The position numbers and the translations under genes were made by a program. A model generated the notes under the pieces. The model made no database searches. It had not been told where the DNA came from and saw nothing but the letters and a program-made list of their open reading frames with translations. Below, one piece after another: positions 29,735 to 38,694 of a DNA stretch of 64,000 nt; position 1 is the stretch's first letter; each line of letters starts with the position of its first letter. Source of the DNA: Candidatus Saccharimonadota bacterium (lineage in GTDB: Bacteria > Patescibacteriota > Saccharimonadia > Saccharimonadales > AQU-01); assembly GCA_037137935.1 (NCBI GenBank), contig JBAXJI010000003.1:3383-67382 (forward strand). Reading direction: 5' to 3'.

Positions 29735-31030
29735 ATGCTTAAAAAAATCAAATCCATTAGCCATAGGGCAATCAAGAAAGCGGTCAGTAAAAGCTCTTCC
29801 GAGCGATATATCGTTGGCCTTGATATTGGTACTGAATTTGTTAAAGCTTTAGTTGGCAGAATTAATGATGATAATATCGAGATAATTGGTTCTGGTCGCG
29901 CACATCAAGAGTTCAGTGCGATGCAAGCAGGAGCAATTGCCAATATATCTGCAGTTGTGGCTAATTGTGACAAGGCTTTAAATGATGCCGAGCAACAGGC
30001 TGGTGTAAGTGTTAGGCCTTCTGTTATTGGTATAGCCGGTGAGCTAGTAAAGGGCACTACATCGACAGTTCGTTGTCGCCGCCGTGACCCTAATAAAGAA
30101 CTTGACCTAGATGAGATTGAGCGAATTATTGGTCTTGTGCAAAAACGAGCAGAAGAAAAAGCGAAAAAACAATTAATGTGGGAATTGGGCGGCAAAGATG
30201 TCGAGATTAGACTAGTAAACAGCGCGCTAGTTGGAATAGAAATAGATGGCTATCCTGTCACTAGTCCGGTGGGCTTTAAGGGCAAAGAAGTTGTGGTTCA
30301 GTTGTATACGGCCTTTGCGCCGATGATACATATTGGAGCGCTAGAACGAACAGCGCAAGAATTAGACGTTGATTTGTTAGCACTTGCTGCTGAACCTTTT
30401 GCGGTAGCTCGATCGATGATTGGTAATAGTACAGATACTTCTATGAGTGCAATATTAATGGATATTGGTGGCGGTACGACAGATATTGCCGTTATTAATG
30501 ATGGTGGAGTTCAAGGCACAAAAATGTTTGGTATCGGTGGACGAGCATTCACACGCGCCATTGAGCGTGAACTGGGTGTTAGCTTCGATGAAGCCGAAGA
30601 GCTGAAGTTGGCATTAGGCAACAACAAGACCCCAAGTAGTAAAACGAGATCTGTAGAATTAGCACTAAAGAAAACATTAGATGTTTGGACAAGTGGAGTT
30701 GAGCTGGCTCTTGCTGAATTTACTAATCTAGATAATCTGCCTCATAAAATTTTGCTATGTGGAGGCGGATCGTCGCTTGATATGTTGGTAGATAAGTTAA
30801 CCGAGTCTAACTGGTATTTACAGCTACCTTTTACTCGTAAACCTGTCGTGCAACACATAAAGCCAAGTCAGGTTGTGGGTATCGCCGACAAGACGGGCGA
30901 TGTAATTGACCATACTTTTATTACTGCAATGGGTCTGCTTAGAGTTGGTCTAGACACTGTTCATCAACACGATAGTGATATTTCTGGTAGTGCTTTTCGT
31001 GAGCGAATTGATAGAATGTTAAGAGCATGA
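29735..31030 (+). CDS. actin-fold ATPase, FtsA-like (FtsA/PilM family)
   Basis: Phosphate-1 VGLDIGTEFVK, phosphate-2 DIGGGTTDIAV, adenosine motif LCGGGSSL. Confidence 0.65.
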   Translation: MLKKIKSISHRAIKKAVSKSSSERYIVGLDIGTEFVKALVGRINDDNIEIIGSGRAHQEFSAMQAGAIANISAVVANCDKALNDAEQQAGVSVRPSVIGIAGELVKGTTSTVRCRRRDPNKELDLDEIERIIGLVQKRAEEKAKKQLMWELGGKDVEIRLVNSALVGIEIDGYPVTSPVGFKGKEVVVQLYTAFAPMIHIGALERTAQELDVDLLALAAEPFAVARSMIGNSTDTSMSAILMDIGGGTTDIAVINDGGVQGTKMFGIGGRAFTRAIERELGVSFDEAEELKLALGNNKTPSSKTRSVELALKKTLDVWTSGVELALAEFTNLDNLPHKILLCGGGSSLDMLVDKLTESNWYLQLPFTRKPVVQHIKPSQVVGIADKTGDVIDHTFITAMGLLRVGLDTVHQHDSDISGSAFRERIDRMLRA

Positions 31031-31124
31031 ATATGAAGACAGATTTATTATTTACCGGTTGTCATTTATCACTAGACTTCAATGTTAAATGGTCAAAGTT
31101 AAATTCTACCGAAGGGAGAGTATA

Positions 31125-32819
31125 ATGGCAGACACTACCAAAGACACTATTTATATAGATATTGACGACGAGATCACTAGTATTATTGATAAAGTACGAG
31201 CTAGTAAACATAAAATTGTAGCTTTAGTGTTGCCTAAAAGAGCGGCAACTCTGCAGAGTATAGTTAACATGAAGTTGCTAAAACGAACTGGCGCCGAGAC
31301 AGACAAAAGAATAGTTCTAATCACATCTGAGGCTAGTCTTTTGCCACTAGCTGGAATAGTTGGTATGTATACTGCTAAAACCCTACAAAGCAAACCAGTA
31401 ATTCCTAGGTCACCCGATACTTCTAATGATGCTGATAGCCTGGATGATGACGAAGAAGTTGATGAACCAGAAATTGACAATAAAAAGAGTATTGGCGAGC
31501 TTTCAGGTTATGAAGAAGAACCAGTTGATGACGAAGAAATTACTGGTTCTAAAGACGCTGAAGAGACTATAGAAGTAGATAACACTAGCTCTACCGATAA
31601 AGAAGTAGAAGAAGTATCTAAAAAGGCTAAAAAGAATAAAATAAAGGTCCCTGATTTTGAAGGTTTTCGTTTAAAGCTATTTCTTGGTATGTTTTTGATA
31701 ATTGCTTTGATAGTTGGTTGGTACTTTGCATTTAAGGTTATGCCAAAGGTTAGTGTCGTGGTCAAGACAGATACTAGAACTGTGACGAGTAGCCTAAACT
31801 TTTCTGCTCAAGTTGACATAAAGACGCTAGATGTTGATAAATCACTTGTGCCTGCTGTTGTTAAAGAGCTCAAAAAAACTGACACCGCAAAAATTGCAGC
31901 CACAGGAAAAAAGAATGTTGGCGAAAAAGCCGTCGGCACTATTACACTTAAAAACTGCACAAAGGTTGATGGTGCATTAGTCATACCTTCTGGCACTAGT
32001 GTGACTAGTTCTCCGTATGTTTTCTTGACTCAAGCAGATGTTTCTCTTCCACCTAGTAGTTTCTCTGGCGGCAACGCATGTTTGACGGCAACCAAGACCG
32101 TGAGTGTTGTTGCGCAAAACTCTGGCGGTCAATACAACCTCAAGGGCGCCCGATCATTTGTAGTATCAGGATATTCTAGCGTGCTTGGAACTGAAAGCGA
32201 TATAGCGCTTGGCACAGACAAAAACATCACCGTTATTAGTCAGCAAGATATTGATGGCGCAAAGACCTCTCTATTAGATAAAAGTAAGGACACCGCTTCA
32301 GCTGAGCTTTCAAAGACGCTCACTAGTGCTGGACTTTCATCGCTACCGGAAACTATCCTAGGTGCAGACCAAGTGATAACTACCGTACCTAATGTTGGCG
32401 ATGAAGCTGCTGACGTTACGGTCACATCAGTAACTTCATACACAATGCTTGGAGTTAAGACGGATGATCTCAAAAAATTAGTTGACGTAGATGCCAGTAA
32501 GCAAATTGACATAACCAAGCAACCAATAGTTGACTATGGTCTAGATAAGGCTGTTTACCGTATGACTAGCAAGCGTTCGGCAAACGACCAGAGCTTATCG
32601 TTCCAGACAGTATCTACTGCAGGCGCCAAGATTGACCCTGAAGCTCTTAAAAAAGAAATTATCGGTAAGAAAAAAGGTGATGTTCAGCAGATTGTCGGCA
32701 ATCACCCAGGTGTTAAGGATGTTGCAGTTACTTTTAGCCCGCCATGGGTATCGACTGTTCCTAATAAAACAGCTAGAATAACTATCATATTTGAGCAAAC
32801 TAATTCCAATGGTAAATAA
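31125..32819 (+). CDS. hypothetical bitopic membrane protein (cytoplasmic N-domain, acidic linker, TM, large external domain)
   Basis: GGGAG lies 7 nt before ATG 31125 (MADTTKDTIYIDIDDEITSIIDK). A D/E-rich linker precedes the TM helix LFLGMFLIIALIVGWYFAF. The external part is S/T/V-rich. The track ORF starts at 31089. Confidence 0.55.
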   Translation: MADTTKDTIYIDIDDEITSIIDKVRASKHKIVALVLPKRAATLQSIVNMKLLKRTGAETDKRIVLITSEASLLPLAGIVGMYTAKTLQSKPVIPRSPDTSNDADSLDDDEEVDEPEIDNKKSIGELSGYEEEPVDDEEITGSKDAEETIEVDNTSSTDKEVEEVSKKAKKNKIKVPDFEGFRLKLFLGMFLIIALIVGWYFAFKVMPKVSVVVKTDTRTVTSSLNFSAQVDIKTLDVDKSLVPAVVKELKKTDTAKIAATGKKNVGEKAVGTITLKNCTKVDGALVIPSGTSVTSSPYVFLTQADVSLPPSSFSGGNACLTATKTVSVVAQNSGGQYNLKGARSFVVSGYSSVLGTESDIALGTDKNITVISQQDIDGAKTSLLDKSKDTASAELSKTLTSAGLSSLPETILGADQVITTVPNVGDEAADVTVTSVTSYTMLGVKTDDLKKLVDVDASKQIDITKQPIVDYGLDKAVYRMTSKRSANDQSLSFQTVSTAGAKIDPEALKKEIIGKKKGDVQQIVGNHPGVKDVAVTFSPPWVSTVPNKTARITIIFEQTNSNGK

Positions 32820-33234
32820 ATCAATCATCGCGCTGGATGTGGGAAGTAGGCGGGTTGGCGTAGCTCTTGCTAATACGGTAGCAAGGTTAGCCAGTCCTTT
32901 GACTACTATTGATCGCAAAACTAGCGATGTCTGGACGTTATTGGGTAAAATTATCGACGAGAATAAGGTTGATATCATTGTGATTGGCTTGCCAAGAGGA
33001 ATGTCTGGCCAAGAAACCGAGCAGACTACTTTAGTTCGTCAATTTGCAGAGGACTTCAAGTCTAAATTTAATTTAGATTATAATTTCCAAGACGAAGCCG
33101 TGACTTCAGTAATGGCCGAAGAAGAGCTGCAAGCAAGAGGGGGTTCCTATACTAAGGGAGACATTGACGCACTCTCAGCTACCTATATTTTAAATGATTA
33201 TATTACCGAAAATTACCAGCAGGAAACAAGATGA
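32809..33234 (+). CDS. ruvX: Holliday-junction resolvase-like nuclease RuvX (YqgF)
   Basis: Motifs IIALDVGSRRVGVALAN and IVIGLPRGMSG. Followed by mltG, the usual pairing. The track ORF starts at 32791. Confidence 0.85.
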   Translation: MVNKSIIALDVGSRRVGVALANTVARLASPLTTIDRKTSDVWTLLGKIIDENKVDIIVIGLPRGMSGQETEQTTLVRQFAEDFKSKFNLDYNFQDEAVTSVMAEEELQARGGSYTKGDIDALSATYILNDYITENYQQETR

Positions 33235-34289
33235 AGAATTTTATAGCCGGCAAGTCTAATAAGACAAAGTTACCTAAAACTGTTTTAGTCTCTGGATTGA
33301 TACTCGGCCTTATTGTTATAGGGGTTGTTGTTGTGGCGAGGCGAGTTTATATGGACAATCTAGTTGCAGTAAACATAGCTAGTGACGAGAATGTCGTTGT
33401 CGCTATACCATCGGGTTCGTCGCTAGAAGAAATAACAACTATTTTAAAAAATAAGAAAATTATTCGTGCCGACTGGGCCTTTAAGAGATACGTCATTAGT
33501 CATGATTATAGTAATTCATTAAAGGCTGGTACATATCGGTTTAAGCTTAGCCAAGACACAGGGTCTATAGTCAAGGATTTGGTAAACGGAAAGGTAGACG
33601 TTACTTTGTTTACTATATTTCCGGCACGCCGGCTTGATCAAATTAGACAGGATTTTATAGACAAAGGATTTGCGACTGCAGAGGTTGATCTGGCACTCAA
33701 GCCATCTAATTATGCTAGTCATCCCGCCTTGGTGGACAAGCCAGCATCGGCAAATCTAGAGGGTTATTTATATCCTGATTCTTATCAACGTACTGCTGAC
33801 ACTACAGTTAAAGTTTTAATCAAGTCTGCGCTTGACGAGATGGCTAAAGTTTTGACGCCAGACGTCCGTACAAGTATTGCAAAACAGGGCATTAGTACAT
33901 ACCAGGCAATTACAATCGCATCAATTGTCGAGCAAGAGATACCTTCATCAGCTTTAGAAGATAGGAGAATGGCTGCTCAAGTTTTCTTAAAACGCATTAA
34001 ATTAGGCATGCAACTTGGGTCTGATGTGACTGCGTTCTATGGCACCGCCATCAACAATCAGCCGAACTCAGTATCATACGACTCACCCTATAATACTCGT
34101 ATACATTCTGGCTACCCGCCAAGCCCGATTGGCAATGTTTCTAGTAGTGGTTTGCTGGCTGTTGCAAATCCTGCCGACACAGATTATTTGTACTTCGTTG
34201 CTGGTGACGATAATATTACTTACTTCTCACGAACTCTTGCTGAGCATGATGCAAATGTCGCTCAGCACTGCAAAATACTTTGCAATTAA
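33231..34289 (+). CDS. mltG: endolytic murein transglycosylase MltG (YceG-like)
   Basis: N-terminal TM helix, LysM-like fold region, and the YceG motifs ASIVEQE, SPYNTR, GYPPSPIGN. Confidence 0.88.
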   Translation: MKNFIAGKSNKTKLPKTVLVSGLILGLIVIGVVVVARRVYMDNLVAVNIASDENVVVAIPSGSSLEEITTILKNKKIIRADWAFKRYVISHDYSNSLKAGTYRFKLSQDTGSIVKDLVNGKVDVTLFTIFPARRLDQIRQDFIDKGFATAEVDLALKPSNYASHPALVDKPASANLEGYLYPDSYQRTADTTVKVLIKSALDEMAKVLTPDVRTSIAKQGISTYQAITIASIVEQEIPSSALEDRRMAAQVFLKRIKLGMQLGSDVTAFYGTAINNQPNSVSYDSPYNTRIHSGYPPSPIGNVSSSGLLAVANPADTDYLYFVAGDDNITYFSRTLAEHDANVAQHCKILCN

Positions 34290-34642
34290 GCCGTAGTTGT
34301 CTAAATTATACGATTTTTGATGAATATTGATCAAAGCGCTTAAGGTTGATTAAAAACCTGGCTATGATACCATATATGTACGGTGTTGTATCTGTTGATA
34401 GAGCAGAAACACCATAACCTGAGCCAGTTTTCAAAACGATTGCCATAAGGGCATTCAAGATTTAATAAAGGCTCATAACGTCGGTAATAATCGACGGGAG
34501 AACCCTCATTCGTATACAAGACCTAAGCTTAACCAATAATATTGGGCAAGTATGGAACAAATTTAATCGTAAAGTTACTCGTCTGACCTCAAAAAAGTTA
34601 CGTCGGCGAGCTGTTCGCTATGGAGTAATCGGCGCCAACGTA

Positions 34643-35650
34643 TTGATTTTATTGTCGGTCGGATTATTGGTTTTAAATAGTTCATCATCAAGCTCTTCGA
34701 CCAGAAGCAGTGTAGTAGACCCAAACTCTAATACTCAAGCTGTTGTAAATCCGTTAGATCAACTTTCTTCTGCTGATATTGCAGTACAGGTTGCTAGATT
34801 AACTAATTTGTATGAAGTAACATCAGTTACTAACAACGCGGACTCTCTCAACTCTTTGCTAGCAATTAGTGCGTCTGACTTATCTATAGTAACCAAGCCT
34901 CAAGTTGTTATGACGGCCACTAAATCATACAAAGATATTCAGTCTTATGTGACTCAAGATGGGGATACTATTAGCGGATTAGCAGTTAAATTCGGCGTAA
35001 CCTCTGATACTATTCGCTGGTCAAATGGATTGCCATCTGGAGATGTCTTAGTTGTTGGGAAGACTCTGTCTATCTCTCCGATTAATGGAATTGTTTATGA
35101 AGTTAAGGCGGGAGACACAGCAGACAAATTAGCATCTAAGTTTAGAGCTAATAAAGATCAGATTGTAGCATTTAATGACGCAGAAATTGGCGGTCTAGTA
35201 GTCGGTCGTAATATAGTTATACCAGAAGGCGTACAGGTGCCGGTTTATCAGAATTCATACGCCAGTGGTTTTGCATTTGGCGGCTATGCGGCGATATATG
35301 GATTTAACGGATATGACTATGGCTGGTGTACTTGGTATGTGGCCAATCGAAGAACAGAAATAGGTCGTCCAGTTCCGAGCAATCTAGGAAATGCCTATAG
35401 TTGGTATGTTTTAGCTCAGAGAGCTGGAATGCCAACTGGTAATGTTCCGGCTGTTGGTGCGGTTGCGGTCAATCAGGCTGGTAACCACGTCTCGGTAGTA
35501 GAGGCAGTAAATGACGATGGTAGCTTTTGGATTTCAGAAATGAATGCAGGTGGCCAGGTATCTATAACCGATCCAACTAGAACAGGTGGTTGGGGTAGAC
35601 GCGATTATAGGTTGGTGCCAAGTGCTGGTTCGTTAAAGTTCATCTATTAA
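34643..35650 (+). CDS. peptidoglycan hydrolase with 2 LysM domains and a C-terminal CHAP domain
   Basis: LysM units YVTQDGDTISGLAVKFGVTSDTIRWSNGL and YEVKAGDTADKLASKFRANKDQIVAFND. CHAP cysteine box GWCTWYVANRR and histidine box GNHVSVVE. The TTG 34643 start is probably too short; see findings. Confidence 0.8.
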   Translation: MILLSVGLLVLNSSSSSSSTRSSVVDPNSNTQAVVNPLDQLSSADIAVQVARLTNLYEVTSVTNNADSLNSLLAISASDLSIVTKPQVVMTATKSYKDIQSYVTQDGDTISGLAVKFGVTSDTIRWSNGLPSGDVLVVGKTLSISPINGIVYEVKAGDTADKLASKFRANKDQIVAFNDAEIGGLVVGRNIVIPEGVQVPVYQNSYASGFAFGGYAAIYGFNGYDYGWCTWYVANRRTEIGRPVPSNLGNAYSWYVLAQRAGMPTGNVPAVGAVAVNQAGNHVSVVEAVNDDGSFWISEMNAGGQVSITDPTRTGGWGRRDYRLVPSAGSLKFIY

Positions 35651-35755
35651 ATAGTTGTACGGGTTCGGTCGATTAGACTAACGATATATTAACTATTTAG
35701 CGCTATTTACAACATCCGACTTCCGACTTTTAACTTTTACCCCTATAATAAGAGT

Positions 35756-37021
35756 ATGTTTGTAGATAAAGTTGATGTTTCGGTAACAGCTGGCGATGGC
35801 GGAAATGGCTATCTCGGCTTCAGGCAGGAAAAATTTGTTGATAGAGGCGGTCCTGATGGTGGCGATGGTGGAAACGGTGGAGATGTAGTTTTCGTCGCAA
35901 GTCGTAACCAAAACACACTCGCTACTTTTAGATTTCAGAAACAACTTTTAGCCGAACCAGGCAAGGGTGGCTTTAAACAGAAAATGCACGGCCGTAGCGG
36001 TCAAGATCTTATTGTTATGATTCCTGTCGGCACAATGGTATTTAATGAAGCGAGTGAACTCGTAGCTGACTTAGCACAAGACGAGCAACGCGCAGTTATA
36101 GCAAAGGGCGGTAAAGGTGGCTTTGGTAATGCTCATTTCGTGTCTTCTGTTAGACAAGCGCCAAAAATAGCTGAAAAAGGCGAAAAAGGTGAAACTTTTA
36201 ACCTTACTCTAGAAATGAAGATGATTGCAGACGTAGGTGTAGTTGGCCTCCCTAATGCTGGCAAGTCAACATTACTTGGTCACGTCAGTAACGCGCGTCC
36301 AGAAATCGCCGACTATCCATTTACGACTATTAGACCGAATCTTGGTGTTGTCGATATAGATGAATCCACAAGTTTATTATTTGCAGATATTCCCGGCTTA
36401 ATTGAAGGCGCTAGTTTAGGCAAAGGCCTGGGTGATGAGTTCCTTCGTCATATCGAAAGAACCCGCGTACTTATACATATGATCGACGCCTACGGCGATA
36501 TAGAATCAGCCTACAATACTATTCAAAAAGAACTTAAAGACTACAAAGTAGACTTAACTACGCGACCTCAAATTGTTGCCCTAAACAAAATTGACGGTTT
36601 AACTGACGAGGATGTTACTGCTAAATTAACTATTTTACAGTCTCTAGTGCCAGCTGAGACTCCATTATTGGCTATATCTGCCAGCAGTGGTAAGGGTGTT
36701 AAAGAGTTGCTTTATGAGGTGAAGAGTATCTGTGCCAGAAGAGCCGAAGAAGTAGCTACCGAATTAGCCGAAGAAGTTCCAGTTTTGCGACTACCAGAAA
36801 CAGAAGACAGCTGGAAGGTTACCCGCGAAGACGATCGCTATGTTGTAACAGGGCGCAAGATAGAGCGATTTGCTCAACGAACTGATTTCGAAAGTGCTGC
36901 TGGCGAACAGCGTCTCCGTGACATTATGCGTAAGATGGGTATTATGCACGAATTATCACGCCAAGGCATCGAACCAGGTCAGAAAATTGTTATCGGTAAT
37001 TCCGGCAAGCTCGAGTACTAA
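35756..37021 (+). CDS. obg: GTPase Obg/CgtA
   Basis: Glycine-rich Obg fold (GGNG, GGPDGGDGGNGGDV). G1 GLPNAGKST, G3 DIPGLIEGA, G4 NKID. C-terminal OCT-like domain. Confidence 0.92.
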   Translation: MFVDKVDVSVTAGDGGNGYLGFRQEKFVDRGGPDGGDGGNGGDVVFVASRNQNTLATFRFQKQLLAEPGKGGFKQKMHGRSGQDLIVMIPVGTMVFNEASELVADLAQDEQRAVIAKGGKGGFGNAHFVSSVRQAPKIAEKGEKGETFNLTLEMKMIADVGVVGLPNAGKSTLLGHVSNARPEIADYPFTTIRPNLGVVDIDESTSLLFADIPGLIEGASLGKGLGDEFLRHIERTRVLIHMIDAYGDIESAYNTIQKELKDYKVDLTTRPQIVALNKIDGLTDEDVTAKLTILQSLVPAETPLLAISASSGKGVKELLYEVKSICARRAEEVATELAEEVPVLRLPETEDSWKVTREDDRYVVTGRKIERFAQRTDFESAAGEQRLRDIMRKMGIMHELSRQGIEPGQKIVIGNSGKLEY

Positions 37022-37081
37022 AAGTAACTAGCCAAATAACTAACTGAGTAAATAGCGGCTTATTTGTTATTATAAGAGCTA

Positions 37082-38596
37082 ATGCTAAGAAAACATTTTC
37101 ACAACAATATTCTTGTAGCTGTTAGTTCATTTTTGCTTCTAACCGTATTTTTTATACTTAACATTAGTCACGTACATGCTTCTGAAATTGATAATACCTG
37201 TGGCGAGGGACAGTTAAAGAATTTTGCTACTGGTCAATTGCCAAAAAATGAATACGATATTTATGTGAAATTTGGCAGGCCAACAGACATAGCTCAGGCT
37301 ACTATCTATGCTCATCCTCAAGAACTAAATGAATATCTACACCCTGATGCTTGCAAAGTAATTGGTAGAGGAATAGTTAGCGGTACGTCTTGGACGAAGT
37401 TGGGTAGCATTAAACTAGACCAACCAGTGAATTCAGGAGTTATAGTATTGGCCTCTAATGTATTACAGGGAGGGTTTGATGCCGGCGCTCCAACGGTAGT
37501 TTTTGTGGCTCACGATAATAATATATGTGAATTTGTTACAGGTTGCGTCGTAGACTACCAGGGTCAAAAAATGCGCCTTAGCCCTCAAAAGATTTCAATT
37601 TCGTCCGATATTTTAAAGCTCGGACTTCTGAGATCGATTAAAGATGAAGCGGTAAAGCAGGTGGTGTATAGCGTAGACGATAGGCCTGCCTACACTAGCG
37701 ATAAGTTATCTGCTTTTAATTTAAATTATGTATCTGGCGGAGAGCATATTATTCAACGGACAGTAATATTTGAATCCGGCCAAACCTTAGTTGACACAAG
37801 GACGGTACAAAGAGGCGCATCCTATGACTTGAAGTATGCCGTAATAGCTTTTATATATCATAGATTGTATACGATAAGTTTGCTCGGTGCGATATTCGTA
37901 GCAGTCCTGGCTATATTTATCGCATTAATGGTGGCTAGACATATTCATCAAAACCACGCCTGGAGAATGACGCACATTTTGTCCAGAGATTTTAAGCAAG
38001 CACTTGGTGCGGGGCCACAAACAGATATAAAGAAAGAAACAAGCCTGCAGTTTTTGTGGCGAATTCGTAACTACATCATATCTTTAATGGTATTTATGTT
38101 CGCGGTATTTATGGTTAATGCCTATGTGATAACTTTATTTACTGTTGATGGCGTTAGTATGTTTCCTACTCTCAAAGACAGGGATCAAAAATATCTGTAT
38201 AAGGCGCCTAAACTTTTAGCTAAAATCAACAAAGGTATATATTTGCCGCAAAGAGGTGACATTGTTGTTATTCAAAACGTAGAGAATAGTCTATTTACTG
38301 ATAATACGACCAAATCAGAAAGTTATGTAGTCAAAAGAGTCATTGGTTTGCCAGGTGAGAGGGTAACTGTTAAGGACGGTATTATAAAGGTATACAATGA
38401 CCAATATCAGGATGGTTTTGAGCCAGACACTACATTTAACTGGATAAAGGATTTGCCAGACTCAAAAGATTATTTATTGGATATAACCTTAAAAGCGGGT
38501 GAGCTATTCGTTTCTGGAGACAATCGGCAGATGTCATTTGATTCAAGAAGTTATGGGCCAGTAAACGCTGAGCAGGTAGTCGGCAAAGTCTTTTAA
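37082..38596 (+). CDS. lepB: signal peptidase I (S26) fused to a about 300-aa N-terminal extracytoplasmic domain
   Basis: The C-terminal about 170 aa carry the S26 boxes VDGVSMFPTL (Ser), VKRVIGLPGERV (Lys) and GDNRQMSFDSRSYGPV. The N-terminal part has a signal-like helix, an unrecognised domain and 2 further TM helices. Confidence 0.75.
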   Translation: MLRKHFHNNILVAVSSFLLLTVFFILNISHVHASEIDNTCGEGQLKNFATGQLPKNEYDIYVKFGRPTDIAQATIYAHPQELNEYLHPDACKVIGRGIVSGTSWTKLGSIKLDQPVNSGVIVLASNVLQGGFDAGAPTVVFVAHDNNICEFVTGCVVDYQGQKMRLSPQKISISSDILKLGLLRSIKDEAVKQVVYSVDDRPAYTSDKLSAFNLNYVSGGEHIIQRTVIFESGQTLVDTRTVQRGASYDLKYAVIAFIYHRLYTISLLGAIFVAVLAIFIALMVARHIHQNHAWRMTHILSRDFKQALGAGPQTDIKKETSLQFLWRIRNYIISLMVFMFAVFMVNAYVITLFTVDGVSMFPTLKDRDQKYLYKAPKLLAKINKGIYLPQRGDIVVIQNVENSLFTDNTTKSESYVVKRVIGLPGERVTVKDGIIKVYNDQYQDGFEPDTTFNWIKDLPDSKDYLLDITLKAGELFVSGDNRQMSFDSRSYGPVNAEQVVGKVF

Positions 38597-38694
38597 ACTC
38601 CCGCACTAGCTAGGACTTAAAATTTTAAGTGCTTGTGGTTATATGATGTTAAGGGTATTGTTAAGCTTATAGTACGCATATTAAAAGGAAAAAT

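Noticed and set aside
34290-34540. c-di-AMP (ydaO/yuaA) riboswitch upstream of the LysM-CHAP gene.
   Set aside because: The genomic context fits, and there are loose echoes (acgggagaaccc; agcttaacc). However, the paired conserved blocks (ACGGGGGACCCA ... GGGGUGAAUC ... CCCGAAUCCGACAGCUAACCUCGUAAGCG) are not present in the required order. A hand match is not credible.
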